IMG/VR virus record: IMGVR_UViG_3300016672_000090 | Location: 18,739 to 82,738 of that record | From: a virus | Taxonomy: Duplodnaviria; Caudoviricetes | Direction: 5' to 3' (one strand) | DNA: 64,000 nt | In this document: positions 47,118 through 56,976 of the stretch, piece after piece | Numbering within the stretch: position 1 is the first letter of the stretch | Layout: the number at the start of each line of letters is the position of its first letter | Made by a program: the position numbers and the translations under genes | Notes under the pieces: generated by a model | Told to the model about the DNA's origin: nothing | Seen by the model: the letters and a program-made list of their open reading frames with translations, nothing else | Database searches by the model: none

Positions 47118-49001
47118 TTAGCGAAATTCCGTCCAGGAACTAATGGTGTAACTACCAGCCGGGACTCTATAGGTAGAGCCAGGAGGGACAACGGTAGACA
47201 CCGCGATAACAAATCCAGAAGTAGGGAACGAAGAGCCGACGATGGTTACAGGACCAACAATTATCCTGGCTGTCTGATTGACTGCCGAAGTAAGCAGTAC
47301 CACGCTGACAAAAATAGGACGCCCAGTATTGTTTGTATAAGGGTCATTTATGGCGCGAGAGGCTGTAACATCGGTTGGCGTTTTAAATAAATTAGCAAGG
47401 GTATTGTTCAGCTGCGTTACTTGCGCGCTGAGAGCAGCGATATCAATCACACCTTGGTTTACAGGGGCGTTCCATGCCTTGATACACCACATAACCGACA
47501 AGTTTCGCGGGCGAGAAGATCCGGTAATAGAGTTAGTCCCTAGCGGGGCTGCTGAGGAAGGGACTCCAGATTCTTCAACGCCTGGATAAAGGGCAGATGA
47601 AACTCCATCCGCACCAAAGGCAGATATAACGTCGGCCGTAGCATTAGACGCTCTAGGCGCCTGGACCCCTGCACCGTTAATTGATGCGTCATAGCTAACT
47701 AGCGTTCCCTTTTGCCATGTTCCCATCGCCCGCCCAGCATCTACGCCGCGCCCATGGTCCCATCCACGAAAGAACTCACCTCGTGACTCAGGAAGAGTAT
47801 TGCCACCGAGATAGACCGCAAGGTCTGGATAGACCGCTGCGTTGAAATCACTGCCGTCAACCTCAAGGAATCCGGGCGGGACGACACCGCGCGGGAATGG
47901 AAGCATGCCCCCCACCGGAAGCGCGCCCGCAGTAGCCAGCAGCGCATTTATTTCTGCTTTGGTATAGGCGTCCGCAACCTTGAACGACTTGAACGCCAGT
48001 ATTTCAATATTGTCGCCCAGATTGCAGGGTATGGCTGTGCTGACCTTAGAGCCGTCGGCTGCTGACGTGAAATCACGAATTTCACGCCCGTTACGCAAAA
48101 CAATTACGCTTCCAGGTACGTGTGCCGCGATGAAATCAGACTGAGCAATCCCGGCTACGAACGAAAATCGCTCAAACGCCTTACCGCTGCCTACACCACC
48201 TCCAAGCTGGAAGTAGGCGCCGTCATAGTTTAGATCGTAAAGACCGCCGGCTTTGATATCGCCGGGCTCCAGATCAACCAAACCAGAATCCCCGGCGCGC
48301 TTCACAGTCGTGACACCGATGGCTTCTATATCAACCGTTACCGATGTCGTGTTGGCGCTTGTCGCAAGAAACTGAAAGCGCTGAAACTGATCGTATGTCG
48401 TCAGTACCGACTCAGCAGCGTCCAGTTCAAGTACCAGGGCGTTGGCTGTGCTTCCGACGGAGTGCTTTAACCCCATCAGCGGGCCGCTGTCACTCGCCAC
48501 GCTCTTCCGCAGAAGATACTGAGGGTGAGCATGCTCAAAGCTCTCATGCTCGCCTAGGGCTGCCAGCGCTACGCTTTCACCTGGACTGATTTCAATGTTG
48601 ATACTGCCGGCTGGCACCTGAGCTAATTTCAGATCGCTGAATAGCACGTATGCAACGCCATCGGTCTTGTAAGAAGCGATTTCACCACTAGCCTTAGACC
48701 ATATAAACGCCAAGACATCGCCTGCCCACCATGCAATCTCACCGATTGCCACCTGGCCAACGTTTTCTTTCCACACACTGACGGTACGCAATTGGTATGG
48801 CGTTGGACGCCCACCGCCAGCAAGAAGAATCTTGCTCCCTACCGGATCAGCCAATGCCACCTCATCACCCGTGGGGTCGTAGTGGCCTCGTCCGTAAGAG
48901 GTGTGCGTGAGCTTTAGTTCAACCCCGGTACTGGAAGCGATGAACGCGGCAGCCTGACCTGCCAGCGTTAGCTTTGGATTGATAATTACAGGATTCGCCA
49001 T
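47118..49001 (-). CDS. Main tail fibre protein with collar domain
   Basis: H...AHPQY, P.G..P.GFL.VDG, RGEFFRGWDHGRGVD.GR, RPRN. Confidence 0.85.
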   Translation of the reverse strand: MANPVIINPKLTLAGQAAAFIASSTGVELKLTHTSYGRGHYDPTGDEVALADPVGSKILLAGGGRPTPYQLRTVSVWKENVGQVAIGEIAWWAGDVLAFIWSKASGEIASYKTDGVAYVLFSDLKLAQVPAGSINIEISPGESVALAALGEHESFEHAHPQYLLRKSVASDSGPLMGLKHSVGSTANALVLELDAAESVLTTYDQFQRFQFLATSANTTSVTVDIEAIGVTTVKRAGDSGLVDLEPGDIKAGGLYDLNYDGAYFQLGGGVGSGKAFERFSFVAGIAQSDFIAAHVPGSVIVLRNGREIRDFTSAADGSKVSTAIPCNLGDNIEILAFKSFKVADAYTKAEINALLATAGALPVGGMLPFPRGVVPPGFLEVDGSDFNAAVYPDLAVYLGGNTLPESRGEFFRGWDHGRGVDAGRAMGTWQKGTLVSYDASINGAGVQAPRASNATADVISAFGADGVSSALYPGVEESGVPSSAAPLGTNSITGSSRPRNLSVMWCIKAWNAPVNQGVIDIAALSAQVTQLNNTLANLFKTPTDVTASRAINDPYTNNTGRPIFVSVVLLTSAVNQTARIIVGPVTIVGSSFPTSGFVIAVSTVVPPGSTYRVPAGSYTISSWTEFR

Positions 49002-49028
49002 ACAGCCCCCATGAGTTAGTTAGGGCGA

Positions 49029-49070
49029 ATGCTACTTCCCAAAAAACAATCTAAACCGGGGGGCTTTGCA
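49029..49070 (-). promoter_or_regulatory. Putative late promoter (tail fibres)
   Basis: TGCAAAGC; TAGCAT 30 nt after GCAAA. Confidence 0.72.
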
Positions 49071-49074
49071 TACA

Positions 49075-49764
49075 TCATGAGCGCCGAATGAACGTGATAA
49101 CGGTAGATCCGTTAAACACCACGTCAGATCCGTTAAACACCACAAACTTATCGTCTGCCAAAACTTCCACATCACCCATCGACCGCACAATCTGCACGCT
49201 GCTGGCGATGAGCGCGAGATTCCATGTGACGATTGATTGCTTGGCGGCGCGCAGTTCAAGAACGAACCGCGCAGCTAGGGCAGTTTTAGCGGCCTTAAGG
49301 ATTCGCTCGGGAACAATCTCCGTTTCGATATCCACTCGTAGGCGACTGGTAAGGAAATAATCCGCTACGTCTTCGCCAGCCGCTAATATTTCGCCTTCGG
49401 TCATTACGTCGACCGGATACTCCCCGGCTTTCTTGCACCAGAGCTGATCTATCGTGAACACAGGCCCAAACAGGGAACTTAGGTATGACCTAAGGAATGC
49501 AGTCCCTCGTTGCGGATTACGAAAGCGCCAGGCATGGAATAGATGGCGTATCTGCTCCTTCGTGGTAGTGCGCAGGACGGCCAACCCATCCCCTGACAGA
49601 CTACGTTCCACCAGAGAGTCAGGCCCTATATGAGGCATGCCGTATAGCCCGACCTCGGTTACTTGATCGTCTATTTTTGCCTTGTACAGGCTGAGGAACA
49701 GCGCCTTGAATTCACTCTCAACGGCATCGTACTCGGCACTACGAACAAGCGGCGTCAGCTCCAT
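49075..49764 (-). CDS. Baseplate wedge protein
   Basis: RGTAFLRSYL; between the J-like and fibre genes. Confidence 0.6.
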   Translation of the reverse strand: MELTPLVRSAEYDAVESEFKALFLSLYKAKIDDQVTEVGLYGMPHIGPDSLVERSLSGDGLAVLRTTTKEQIRHLFHAWRFRNPQRGTAFLRSYLSSLFGPVFTIDQLWCKKAGEYPVDVMTEGEILAAGEDVADYFLTSRLRVDIETEIVPERILKAAKTALAARFVLELRAAKQSIVTWNLALIASSVQIVRSMGDVEVLADDKFVVFNGSDVVFNGSTVITFIRRS

Positions 49765-49765
49765 G

Positions 49766-51160
49766 TCAGTCCGCCTCTTGCACGTTTGTGACTAGGCTCT
49801 CATCGGTGATATACCGGTAGTGCTCTGGAAGCACTACGCCCGGATCGCCAACACTGTCGACGACCATATTCCCAAGCCGGGCGGATAGCGCCACCACATT
49901 GTTTTCTTTCATAAGCGCGTAGATATCCTTCTCAAGGATCTGAGCCTCGCCACGCTTTGCCCAGGCAGACTCGCGCCCGTATCGATTGAGCAGGAGCGTG
50001 CGCACCTGCTGCATAACTGCGCCAGAGTCGTAGACTGTAGGGATGGTGAGTGTCACTACCAAGGGGACTACAAGATCGACAACCGGGACGTACTTTATTT
50101 TGTAGCTGTCGTCGGCTCGCTGGATCACTGCCTTGATTTGCGACTCAAGAACCGCTTGCGTCGTACCGATCTTGCGGGCCGCGACAAACAAGGTGTTGAT
50201 ATTGTCCAGGCTGGCGCCACGCACAGCTTCTTCCTTGGATTCGTTCCAGATGCTGAGAAACGTCACAGGGCTGATAGCTTTACGGACCACAAAATCGAAG
50301 TTTGAGCCAAATACGGCGCTGTCATCGTAAATGCCGGGGTAGGAACACACCTCTCGCATTGTGCTGATGTCCATAGGGTCAGCACCCAATTGGCTGATCT
50401 CTGACAGCTCCATGGCTAGCAGTGCGTCAGCGGCGCCGCCGGTGTATTCAAAATAGAATTTAAGGCCGATAGAGAGCGCTACCGCTCCCTCCGTGTCCTG
50501 CACCGTGACATTGATGTTTTGCCCAACTTCGGGCTGGTAACCAGAAAGCCCCGCGATTCCGAATTGAAGGCTTAGCTCGCTCACCTCGTTGGATTTTATG
50601 TTGTAAACCCGATCACCATCCGCGATGTTTGCGAAGTTCGTGGAGTACTCAAACGTATCGACCAGCACAGCGGCGATAAATCCAATCTCTGGCGCGCTCA
50701 GGGGAATCGTATAGAACGGGATGAATACCCCCACCTGGTGCGTGAAGGTGCGGGAACTTACTTGCTTGGCCGTCATGTACCCTACTGCGCCAGCATCAAG
50801 GTTCACGCCAGCAGTCACCAGCCAATAGCGCCCAGAGGCGTCTTGAATCGATCTGCCAGCCAGTACCTGCACAGCCACCATGGACCCATTTGTCACCTTG
50901 ATGGTCGCAATGGATGGCGTACCAAAGGGCAGAATCCCCTTCACTGCCGCATCACTGCGTACTGTCACGTCGCGGGCCTTGGTGAACGGCTCCCCGGCGG
51001 TCACCTCCACCTGATTGCTCACATCCGCCAGCATGGCTGCCATTGAGGCGAGCCCCTGCGTGATCAGCGGATCACCAATCTGGTACCGCATCGCGATAGT
51101 CGGGAAGCTGGCGATTTCATTGACCGCGCTTTGAATGAACTCGTCTTTAGTAACTGCCAC
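49766..51160 (-). CDS. Baseplate J-like protein (P1 BplA-like)
   Basis: 464 aa; A.D..V..DAA.KGILP; baseplate operon. Confidence 0.65.
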   Translation of the reverse strand: MAVTKDEFIQSAVNEIASFPTIAMRYQIGDPLITQGLASMAAMLADVSNQVEVTAGEPFTKARDVTVRSDAAVKGILPFGTPSIATIKVTNGSMVAVQVLAGRSIQDASGRYWLVTAGVNLDAGAVGYMTAKQVSSRTFTHQVGVFIPFYTIPLSAPEIGFIAAVLVDTFEYSTNFANIADGDRVYNIKSNEVSELSLQFGIAGLSGYQPEVGQNINVTVQDTEGAVALSIGLKFYFEYTGGAADALLAMELSEISQLGADPMDISTMREVCSYPGIYDDSAVFGSNFDFVVRKAISPVTFLSIWNESKEEAVRGASLDNINTLFVAARKIGTTQAVLESQIKAVIQRADDSYKIKYVPVVDLVVPLVVTLTIPTVYDSGAVMQQVRTLLLNRYGRESAWAKRGEAQILEKDIYALMKENNVVALSARLGNMVVDSVGDPGVVLPEHYRYITDESLVTNVQEAD

Positions 51161-51467
51161 GTTGCACGGCTCCCAGATCGGAAAGACTCACATAGGAGCC
51201 ATTGATTTCGATAAAAATGGTTTTTCGGTCTAGCCCGTCGCCGGACGCGCGCATGTTGATCGTGCCCGGCGGAAGCTCGGCAATCACGGGAATGTCCTCG
51301 CGCATCTTGGCCAGGTAGGCATCAGCAATAGGCGAGCTGAGTGGCTTCTGTAGCAAGTCATCTGTAGGCGCGCCGTAGGTCGAACCGTAGTAAGCGTTTG
51401 GCTTGGTACCGACCCAATGAGCAATCATGCGAAACAGCAGGTCCGTATTGAGCGTGTCGTCAGCCAT
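51147..51467 (-). CDS. Baseplate wedge gp25-like protein
   Basis: HWVGTKPNAYYGS.YG...LL.KPL, 106 aa. Confidence 0.55.
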   Translation of the reverse strand: MADDTLNTDLLFRMIAHWVGTKPNAYYGSTYGAPTDDLLQKPLSSPIADAYLAKMREDIPVIAELPPGTINMRASGDGLDRKTIFIEINGSYVSLSDLGAVQRGSY

Positions 51468-51495
51468 AAGGCACCGGTAGCGGTTTATTGATTGC

Positions 51496-51537
51496 ATGAT
51501 GGCAAACAAAAACCGCCCTATTGCGGGGCGGTTTGCA
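51496..51537 (-). promoter_or_regulatory. Putative late promoter (baseplate)
   Basis: TGCAAACC; CATCAT 30 nt after GCAAA. Confidence 0.7.
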
Positions 51538-51553
51538 GTAATCGGGCGGCCTG

Positions 51554-53896
51554 TTAGTTCATCCCTATGCCGCCGCTTGAGACATGAGCAATCTGCCTGT
51601 CCTCAAGGTTCTGGCTGAGCGGTACCGACATTTGAATTGCCTGATTGCTGGGCGCTTTGCTGGGCGACATCTGTGGTTTTTCGACCACGGGCATGGCTGG
51701 GAATTTGACCAGCGATGCGTCTGGGGCAGGAGCTGCATAGCTTGGCGCGACCATGGTGCTGGCGCTAACCGGCTTGATAGACGCCATGCTCATGGCTGGT
51801 ATAGCCGGGGCCATTACGCCAACCGGCTGAGCACTTGATAGGCCAGGCGCCACAGAGGGACTTGGACCTACCGGCATAATGCCTACGGGCGGACTACCCC
51901 TGACTGCTGACATGGTACTGGCCAGCGCCGCATTGGCCGCGTACGGGGCTTGCACCTTGCCCTGATCGGCGCGCCGGGTGGGTGTCAGGTCGCCAGCCTT
52001 TGCCTGAGCCAGATAACCGTCATATTTAGCCTGTACGTCGCCTAGGCCATTGGTGCCGCCATTTGTGAGCTTGCGGGCGCGTACTTGGTCGCCAGCCATA
52101 GCGGCTTTATCGGCGCCTGAACTCTTCCAATGCTGTACAGCTATCTGTGCGGAGTACTTCGGATCCATTGCTAGTTCCGGGTTGTTCTCCAGGTCGATGC
52201 CCAGCGCTTTCCCCATGGCTGCGTACTGAGCCTTGCCAGTCAACTGTATAGCCCCACGCCCACGGTACTTGTACCCATCGCCATCCGCATTGTTCCCCAT
52301 GCGGTTGCCATAGACCTTGTTGGCAATAGCTTCCGGGTTGTTGGCATCAGCACGGGCTGCCTCTGGGGTGCTGTAGTACTTGGGGAACACTTCCTGTAGT
52401 CGCTTGGCGCTGTAGTTTAGATTTTCTTCATTTTTGGTGAATCCGCCACTTTCGTGGTCGACGTTGGCCATGAGCATAGCTTTCGACTTCTGGTCAGTAA
52501 TACCGCCAGCGTCCATAGCCTTGATCAGTTCGGCCTTGCGCCCATCAGATCCATCAGCGCCAAGGCGCCCGCCTGATATTTTGTAGGCCGAATTTTGCGC
52601 TGAATCCTTGGCTGACGCGGCCTTGCTGCTAACAAAGTCTTTGCTGCTCTGTACCTTGTCGCTAATGGTGTCCTTGATGCCCAGCACGACATCTGCGACC
52701 TTGCGGAAAGTCTCTTTTATGCTGTCGGTCATTCCGGTTAGGAGTTTGACGGCGGTTGTCACCATGCCGCCCCATGCCTTGGTAATCGATGTGAGGTCGA
52801 CGGTAGAGAGCCAATTCCCGACCATCCCTCCTAGTTGGTCACCAATCACCGCGCCAGCTATGGCGCCAGCAGGACCGCCAAGCATCCCTAGCACACCACC
52901 AACTAGACCTCCGACGCCGCCGCCTATGTTTTCATAGCGCTTTGTCTTGTTCTCTTGAGGCGTCAGGTTCGGATCATCACCGGCCATTAAGTCACTGGCC
53001 AGCAGCCCCCCACCAATCAGCGCCCCAATGAAAGGGATCTTTTTTAGAATCCCCTTGAGAAGCCCACCGCCAGCCCCGCCAGCACCAGCCCCGAATAACG
53101 AGCCAAGCCCTTTAACAAGCCCAGTAATCCCCGTCAGCGCTCCCAGTGCCTTAATCGGCGCCATGATCATGCCGAGCATAGATAGCAAGGCCGTCATGAT
53201 CAGGCCCATACCACCACCGCCCCCACCACCTGGCGCTCTTAGGGCGTTCCAGATGCGGCGGTACCAGCTTACATTCTCACGCTGGTTTTTCTGTTCAGGC
53301 CGTCGACCAATTCCGAACATTCGCCCCATGGGCCTGAGGACACCCATAATTGGCTGGAAAATGCCGCCAATCTCTTTTACTGCCTGGACAGTTGGATCGA
53401 TACCATCAGCCCCAGACGCCAAGGCCCCAGCCGCACCTTTCAAGCTCGCGGCAGCATCCCCCATAGCCTCGGTAGCGCGATTGCTGGATCCGGGCCGTGA
53501 TGGACTGTTATCAGGGGGCGCGTCATCTTGGCCAGGCGGCACAGGGTTGCGTGGGCGCCATCGTCCGCTCTCATCACGGCCACGGTCTGGACTTGGCGGA
53601 CCAGCGGGCGCAGGCGCTGGAGGTATCGGCGCCGGACCGGGCGGTCTAGGCGCAGGACTTGGGGGCGGCATGGGTGGCGCTGGCCTAGGCCGTGGCGCTG
53701 GTCCTGGCGGCGGTTGCGGGGCGGGAGGACGAGGGGGGTTAGATAATGCGTTGGCAATCGACGATAGTTGCGAAAGGGTTGCAGCCGTGTCCCGCTGAAT
53801 TGCCTTAAGCACCTCAATTTCTCGGCCTATCTGGTCGAGAGTTTCCTTCATCGTCGCCCTTAGGAAACCATCCGAGTCGGAAGGAAGGATACTCAT
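51554..53896 (-). CDS. Tape measure protein with GH19 lysozyme/chitinase-like domain
   Basis: Gly-rich hydrophobic segments; DHESGGF..EENLNYS, YRGRGAIQLTG; poly-Pro insert. Confidence 0.78.
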   Translation of the reverse strand: MSILPSDSDGFLRATMKETLDQIGREIEVLKAIQRDTAATLSQLSSIANALSNPPRPPAPQPPPGPAPRPRPAPPMPPPSPAPRPPGPAPIPPAPAPAGPPSPDRGRDESGRWRPRNPVPPGQDDAPPDNSPSRPGSSNRATEAMGDAAASLKGAAGALASGADGIDPTVQAVKEIGGIFQPIMGVLRPMGRMFGIGRRPEQKNQRENVSWYRRIWNALRAPGGGGGGGMGLIMTALLSMLGMIMAPIKALGALTGITGLVKGLGSLFGAGAGGAGGGLLKGILKKIPFIGALIGGGLLASDLMAGDDPNLTPQENKTKRYENIGGGVGGLVGGVLGMLGGPAGAIAGAVIGDQLGGMVGNWLSTVDLTSITKAWGGMVTTAVKLLTGMTDSIKETFRKVADVVLGIKDTISDKVQSSKDFVSSKAASAKDSAQNSAYKISGGRLGADGSDGRKAELIKAMDAGGITDQKSKAMLMANVDHESGGFTKNEENLNYSAKRLQEVFPKYYSTPEAARADANNPEAIANKVYGNRMGNNADGDGYKYRGRGAIQLTGKAQYAAMGKALGIDLENNPELAMDPKYSAQIAVQHWKSSGADKAAMAGDQVRARKLTNGGTNGLGDVQAKYDGYLAQAKAGDLTPTRRADQGKVQAPYAANAALASTMSAVRGSPPVGIMPVGPSPSVAPGLSSAQPVGVMAPAIPAMSMASIKPVSASTMVAPSYAAPAPDASLVKFPAMPVVEKPQMSPSKAPSNQAIQMSVPLSQNLEDRQIAHVSSGGIGMN

Positions 53897-54799
53897 CTAG
53901 AGCCCCCCGATGACTTGACGCACAAGGTCGATGCTTTTGGCCAGGACGCCGGACTTCTTAGCTGCCTCAACTTCCTCAGGTGCAGGCTCAAGGTCTGGCA
54001 GCTTTGCATTCATGAATCGATCAGCGCTGTCGAGCATATCCGCCGCACGGCTTGGCATGAACTCGGAGCCACGTTGAAGCGTGGAAGGGCTGGCGCTGTC
54101 GAGCATGGCGCCATTGCCATCCTTGAGCCGTTGCATCAGTCGGGCATTCAAGTCGATAAGGTCGTCGTTCTCTTTGCACTGGCGTAGATACGCTTCACTG
54201 ATACCGGCTGCCTGAGCATCGCTCTCAGCAATGATCGCGTCCAAGCTATCCATCAGGGCCGAACACTCGCCAGCGAAGCCCAGCGACTCAATGGCGCCCG
54301 GCGCGACGCCATCTAGCATCGCGTCATAGCCCTTGTTGGTGTTGTAGTTCGGCGTTCTGACGAAATCCATCCCGTGAAAGGTTTTTGGCGTACGCTTGCC
54401 GTTCTCTTCGGGAGCATGAAACACCGAACTGAACCCATAGGCCTTGCTGTCGTACAAGCGACCAGCGATGCGGCCTGGCGCATTGCTCAAAAACTCCTGC
54501 TCGTGCTCTATGGTGCCGTCAGGCATGCACTTGATGTAGATCGTGCGCACACTGGGCTCAAGCACCACCACCTTTCCGCCCTCGGTAACCGAGTCAGGCA
54601 CGTGTAAGCCGTATTTTTCTCTGAATGTGTGGCCTACGTAGCCGTATACGTCCCCTTGGCGCACCAGCTCCTGTACCGCCTGGCCATTGATCAAGCGCAT
54701 GGCGGCAGCAATGTCCACGTCGCGGTGCTGACCATTAAAGTCGCGGCCTCGATCATTCAAGTTGTAACTGATAACCCCTGTGCGCTTACGCATGATCAT
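53897..54799 (-). CDS. Prohead protease (P1 Pro-like)
   Basis: GDVYGYVGH and FHGMDFVRTPNY match recalled P1 Pro blocks; follows portal. Confidence 0.72.
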   Translation of the reverse strand: MIMRKRTGVISYNLNDRGRDFNGQHRDVDIAAAMRLINGQAVQELVRQGDVYGYVGHTFREKYGLHVPDSVTEGGKVVVLEPSVRTIYIKCMPDGTIEHEQEFLSNAPGRIAGRLYDSKAYGFSSVFHAPEENGKRTPKTFHGMDFVRTPNYNTNKGYDAMLDGVAPGAIESLGFAGECSALMDSLDAIIAESDAQAAGISEAYLRQCKENDDLIDLNARLMQRLKDGNGAMLDSASPSTLQRGSEFMPSRAADMLDSADRFMNAKLPDLEPAPEEVEAAKKSGVLAKSIDLVRQVIGGL

Positions 54800-56382
54800 T
54801 CCTCACCCTGTTCTGTCGTGCTGTTCGGTAGTAGTTGCGGTTCGTTGTCACCACCGAAGCCGCCGCCCATGTCAGGCGCTGGCGGTTTTGCTTCCTTGAT
54901 CCCTTTGGCGAAAATCTTGGCTTTGTCGGTATCGACTTCCATCATCGTGGCCATGAACTGCTCCATCATTGATTCAGGCAGGCCCATGGTGCGCATGAGG
55001 TCCATACCCTGGAGCAGCATCACGCCGCCACTGATTGCACGCTCTCGGCTGGCCTGCTTCTCTGCCTCAAGGGCTGCGATTGATCCGAAGAAGTTCACGT
55101 CATAAGGGCGCTCGTCGTCTGACCAGCACCGGCCATGTTTAGCCAGCATGTGGCGATCGATCGTGTCGTTAACCGTCTGCATGAAAGATGAACGGATGAT
55201 CCGGGAGCGCTCAGCTGCTTGGCTGCTGGTACGGTTAAACCCGCCCTCACCAAGCCCGCCTGCCATTTGGTCAGCAAAGCCAACCATTGATAGGTCAATG
55301 CCCAGCGTGCCCGCCAGCTTGCGGGCGCAAAACATCACGTCTTCGATGTTGGCGCCGGCACCGGAATTGGAGCCGCCCTGAAAGGAGCTGATTTGTGTCA
55401 GCTGTTTTTCGTTGTGAATCGGCATGATGTGGAAGTTACGCGACGTGGCGTATGTGCCTGTACGCACCGCTTCATCGGCCCGTGTCTTCATGCTGAGCAG
55501 CATCTTTTCCAGCGAATCCATGAAGTTCTTTTTCTGCTGCTCCGTCATGTCCGCCAGGTTGGCGCCAATCATCGTTTCGTCAATCGAACCTGTGATGCGC
55601 TGGCCAATCATTCCGCGTATGGCGGATATAAGGTTGTCGTAGTCGACCTCTGCCGCTTCCAGGAACGAGCCGCCAACCAGCGCCGGCAACGGCCTTATAT
55701 CGCGGGGTTCCTTAGCTTCAAGGTTGATCTTTTGGGCATTCTCTATGGCGCGCATCTGAGGCAGATACACCATGCGCGGCATCCGCATACGCACCATGTC
55801 CAGGTGATTGAAGCGGCTTTGCAGCTTCGACCCTAGACTGACGATATAGCCCACCGTCTGGCCTAGCTCTTCATAAGCCTGCACCAGCGGCGAGAATGGT
55901 TGCTCGCTATCGAAGGCAAACATGCCCTCGCCCTTTTTGGTGTACAGCCTGGCGTAGGCGTCACCGAAGGCGCAGGCGTTAAAACACATGCCGTGGGCGT
56001 GCTTATTGAGGGTCTTGGCGATAAATTGCAGCTCGTCGACCGCCTTCTTATCAGCCGCCGAGGCGTTAGGCTTTGCCTCAATGAAGATCGTTTCGCCGGT
56101 CGTCTCGTGACCACCCAGCGCCATCTGTACGTGCAACCGCAGGATCGTGCTTATAAGCCCGTCCTGAATCATGTAGTGCCACTTCTGATAGATCGCAGAG
56201 CGTGACCGGGCCGGACGGTCACTCGCCCCCAGCAGCATTTCAATGCCGACGTAATCAGCATCGAACGTGCTTATTCCCTCCATCCGGTTTTCGGGCGCCT
56301 TGCTTACCTCGCCCAGCAAAAGCTGTGTGGTGCTTGCAAGCGACCCCCACAGGCTTTTCTTCGCTTTCTTAACGTCGGCCAT
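54796..56382 (-). CDS. Portal protein (P1 Prt-like)
   Basis: 528 aa; LGIDLSMVGFADQM.GGLGEGGF; head operon. Confidence 0.75.
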   Translation of the reverse strand: MADVKKAKKSLWGSLASTTQLLLGEVSKAPENRMEGISTFDADYVGIEMLLGASDRPARSRSAIYQKWHYMIQDGLISTILRLHVQMALGGHETTGETIFIEAKPNASAADKKAVDELQFIAKTLNKHAHGMCFNACAFGDAYARLYTKKGEGMFAFDSEQPFSPLVQAYEELGQTVGYIVSLGSKLQSRFNHLDMVRMRMPRMVYLPQMRAIENAQKINLEAKEPRDIRPLPALVGGSFLEAAEVDYDNLISAIRGMIGQRITGSIDETMIGANLADMTEQQKKNFMDSLEKMLLSMKTRADEAVRTGTYATSRNFHIMPIHNEKQLTQISSFQGGSNSGAGANIEDVMFCARKLAGTLGIDLSMVGFADQMAGGLGEGGFNRTSSQAAERSRIIRSSFMQTVNDTIDRHMLAKHGRCWSDDERPYDVNFFGSIAALEAEKQASRERAISGGVMLLQGMDLMRTMGLPESMMEQFMATMMEVDTDKAKIFAKGIKEAKPPAPDMGGGFGGDNEPQLLPNSTTEQGEE

Positions 56383-56413
56383 TGTCTGTACGCATTAGTC
56401 CCATTTACGGGTC

Positions 56414-56455
56414 AGCGTACAGACGGTTTTTAGCCATTCTGGGCAGGGGTTTGCA
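56414..56455 (-). promoter_or_regulatory. Putative late promoter (portal)
   Basis: TGCAAACC; TACGCT 30 nt after GCAAA. Confidence 0.72.
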
Positions 56456-56469
56456 GCTCGCAGAGGGGG

Positions 56470-56973
56470 CTACAGCTTCCCGGTAACATCCTCGTCGGGG
56501 CGAGGGTTAACCAAGTACTTGCGGGTGTACGGGTGGATATTCACGTTGCCGGTAACGTCTACGATTTCATAATTGATAATCAGGCCGCCACCCATCAGCA
56601 AAGCCACCAGCATGCGCTTGCCTGGCTGAACGTAACCCGGCTTGTCCGGATCAATGACGGGCTCGATAGAAGCCTCTGTCACGCCCTCGGGATAGTTCAG
56701 CCGCCCACCATCGTCGGACGTGTTACCCAGTGGTGCGGCGAAGCCCTGAGCGAAGTGAATACGGGCGTCACAGGCATAAACCCACGAATAGTTCACCTCG
56801 TCCTCATCGTTCATCACGCCAGCGCCACCCATGGTCGGAGAGCCGTCATAGCTGTAACTGTCTGACTCACGGTCCACACGCTTGGAGAACAGCACGCAGT
56901 CGATAGCGTTAGGCTCTCGCAGCGTGCGCTGGCGGTTGGCCCGGTTGATTGCGATTGCGACGTTGTTGAGCAT
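56470..56973 (-). CDS. Putative head completion/neck protein
   Basis: 167 aa beta-rich; position upstream of portal. Confidence 0.5.
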   Translation of the reverse strand: MLNNVAIAINRANRQRTLREPNAIDCVLFSKRVDRESDSYSYDGSPTMGGAGVMNDEDEVNYSWVYACDARIHFAQGFAAPLGNTSDDGGRLNYPEGVTEASIEPVIDPDKPGYVQPGKRMLVALLMGGGLIINYEIVDVTGNVNIHPYTRKYLVNPRPDEDVTGKL

Positions 56974-56976
56974 GTC

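Noticed and set aside
46229-49001. Shufflon or invertible fibre cassette
   Set aside because: Both fibres are on the same strand; no flanking inverted crossover sites or invertase
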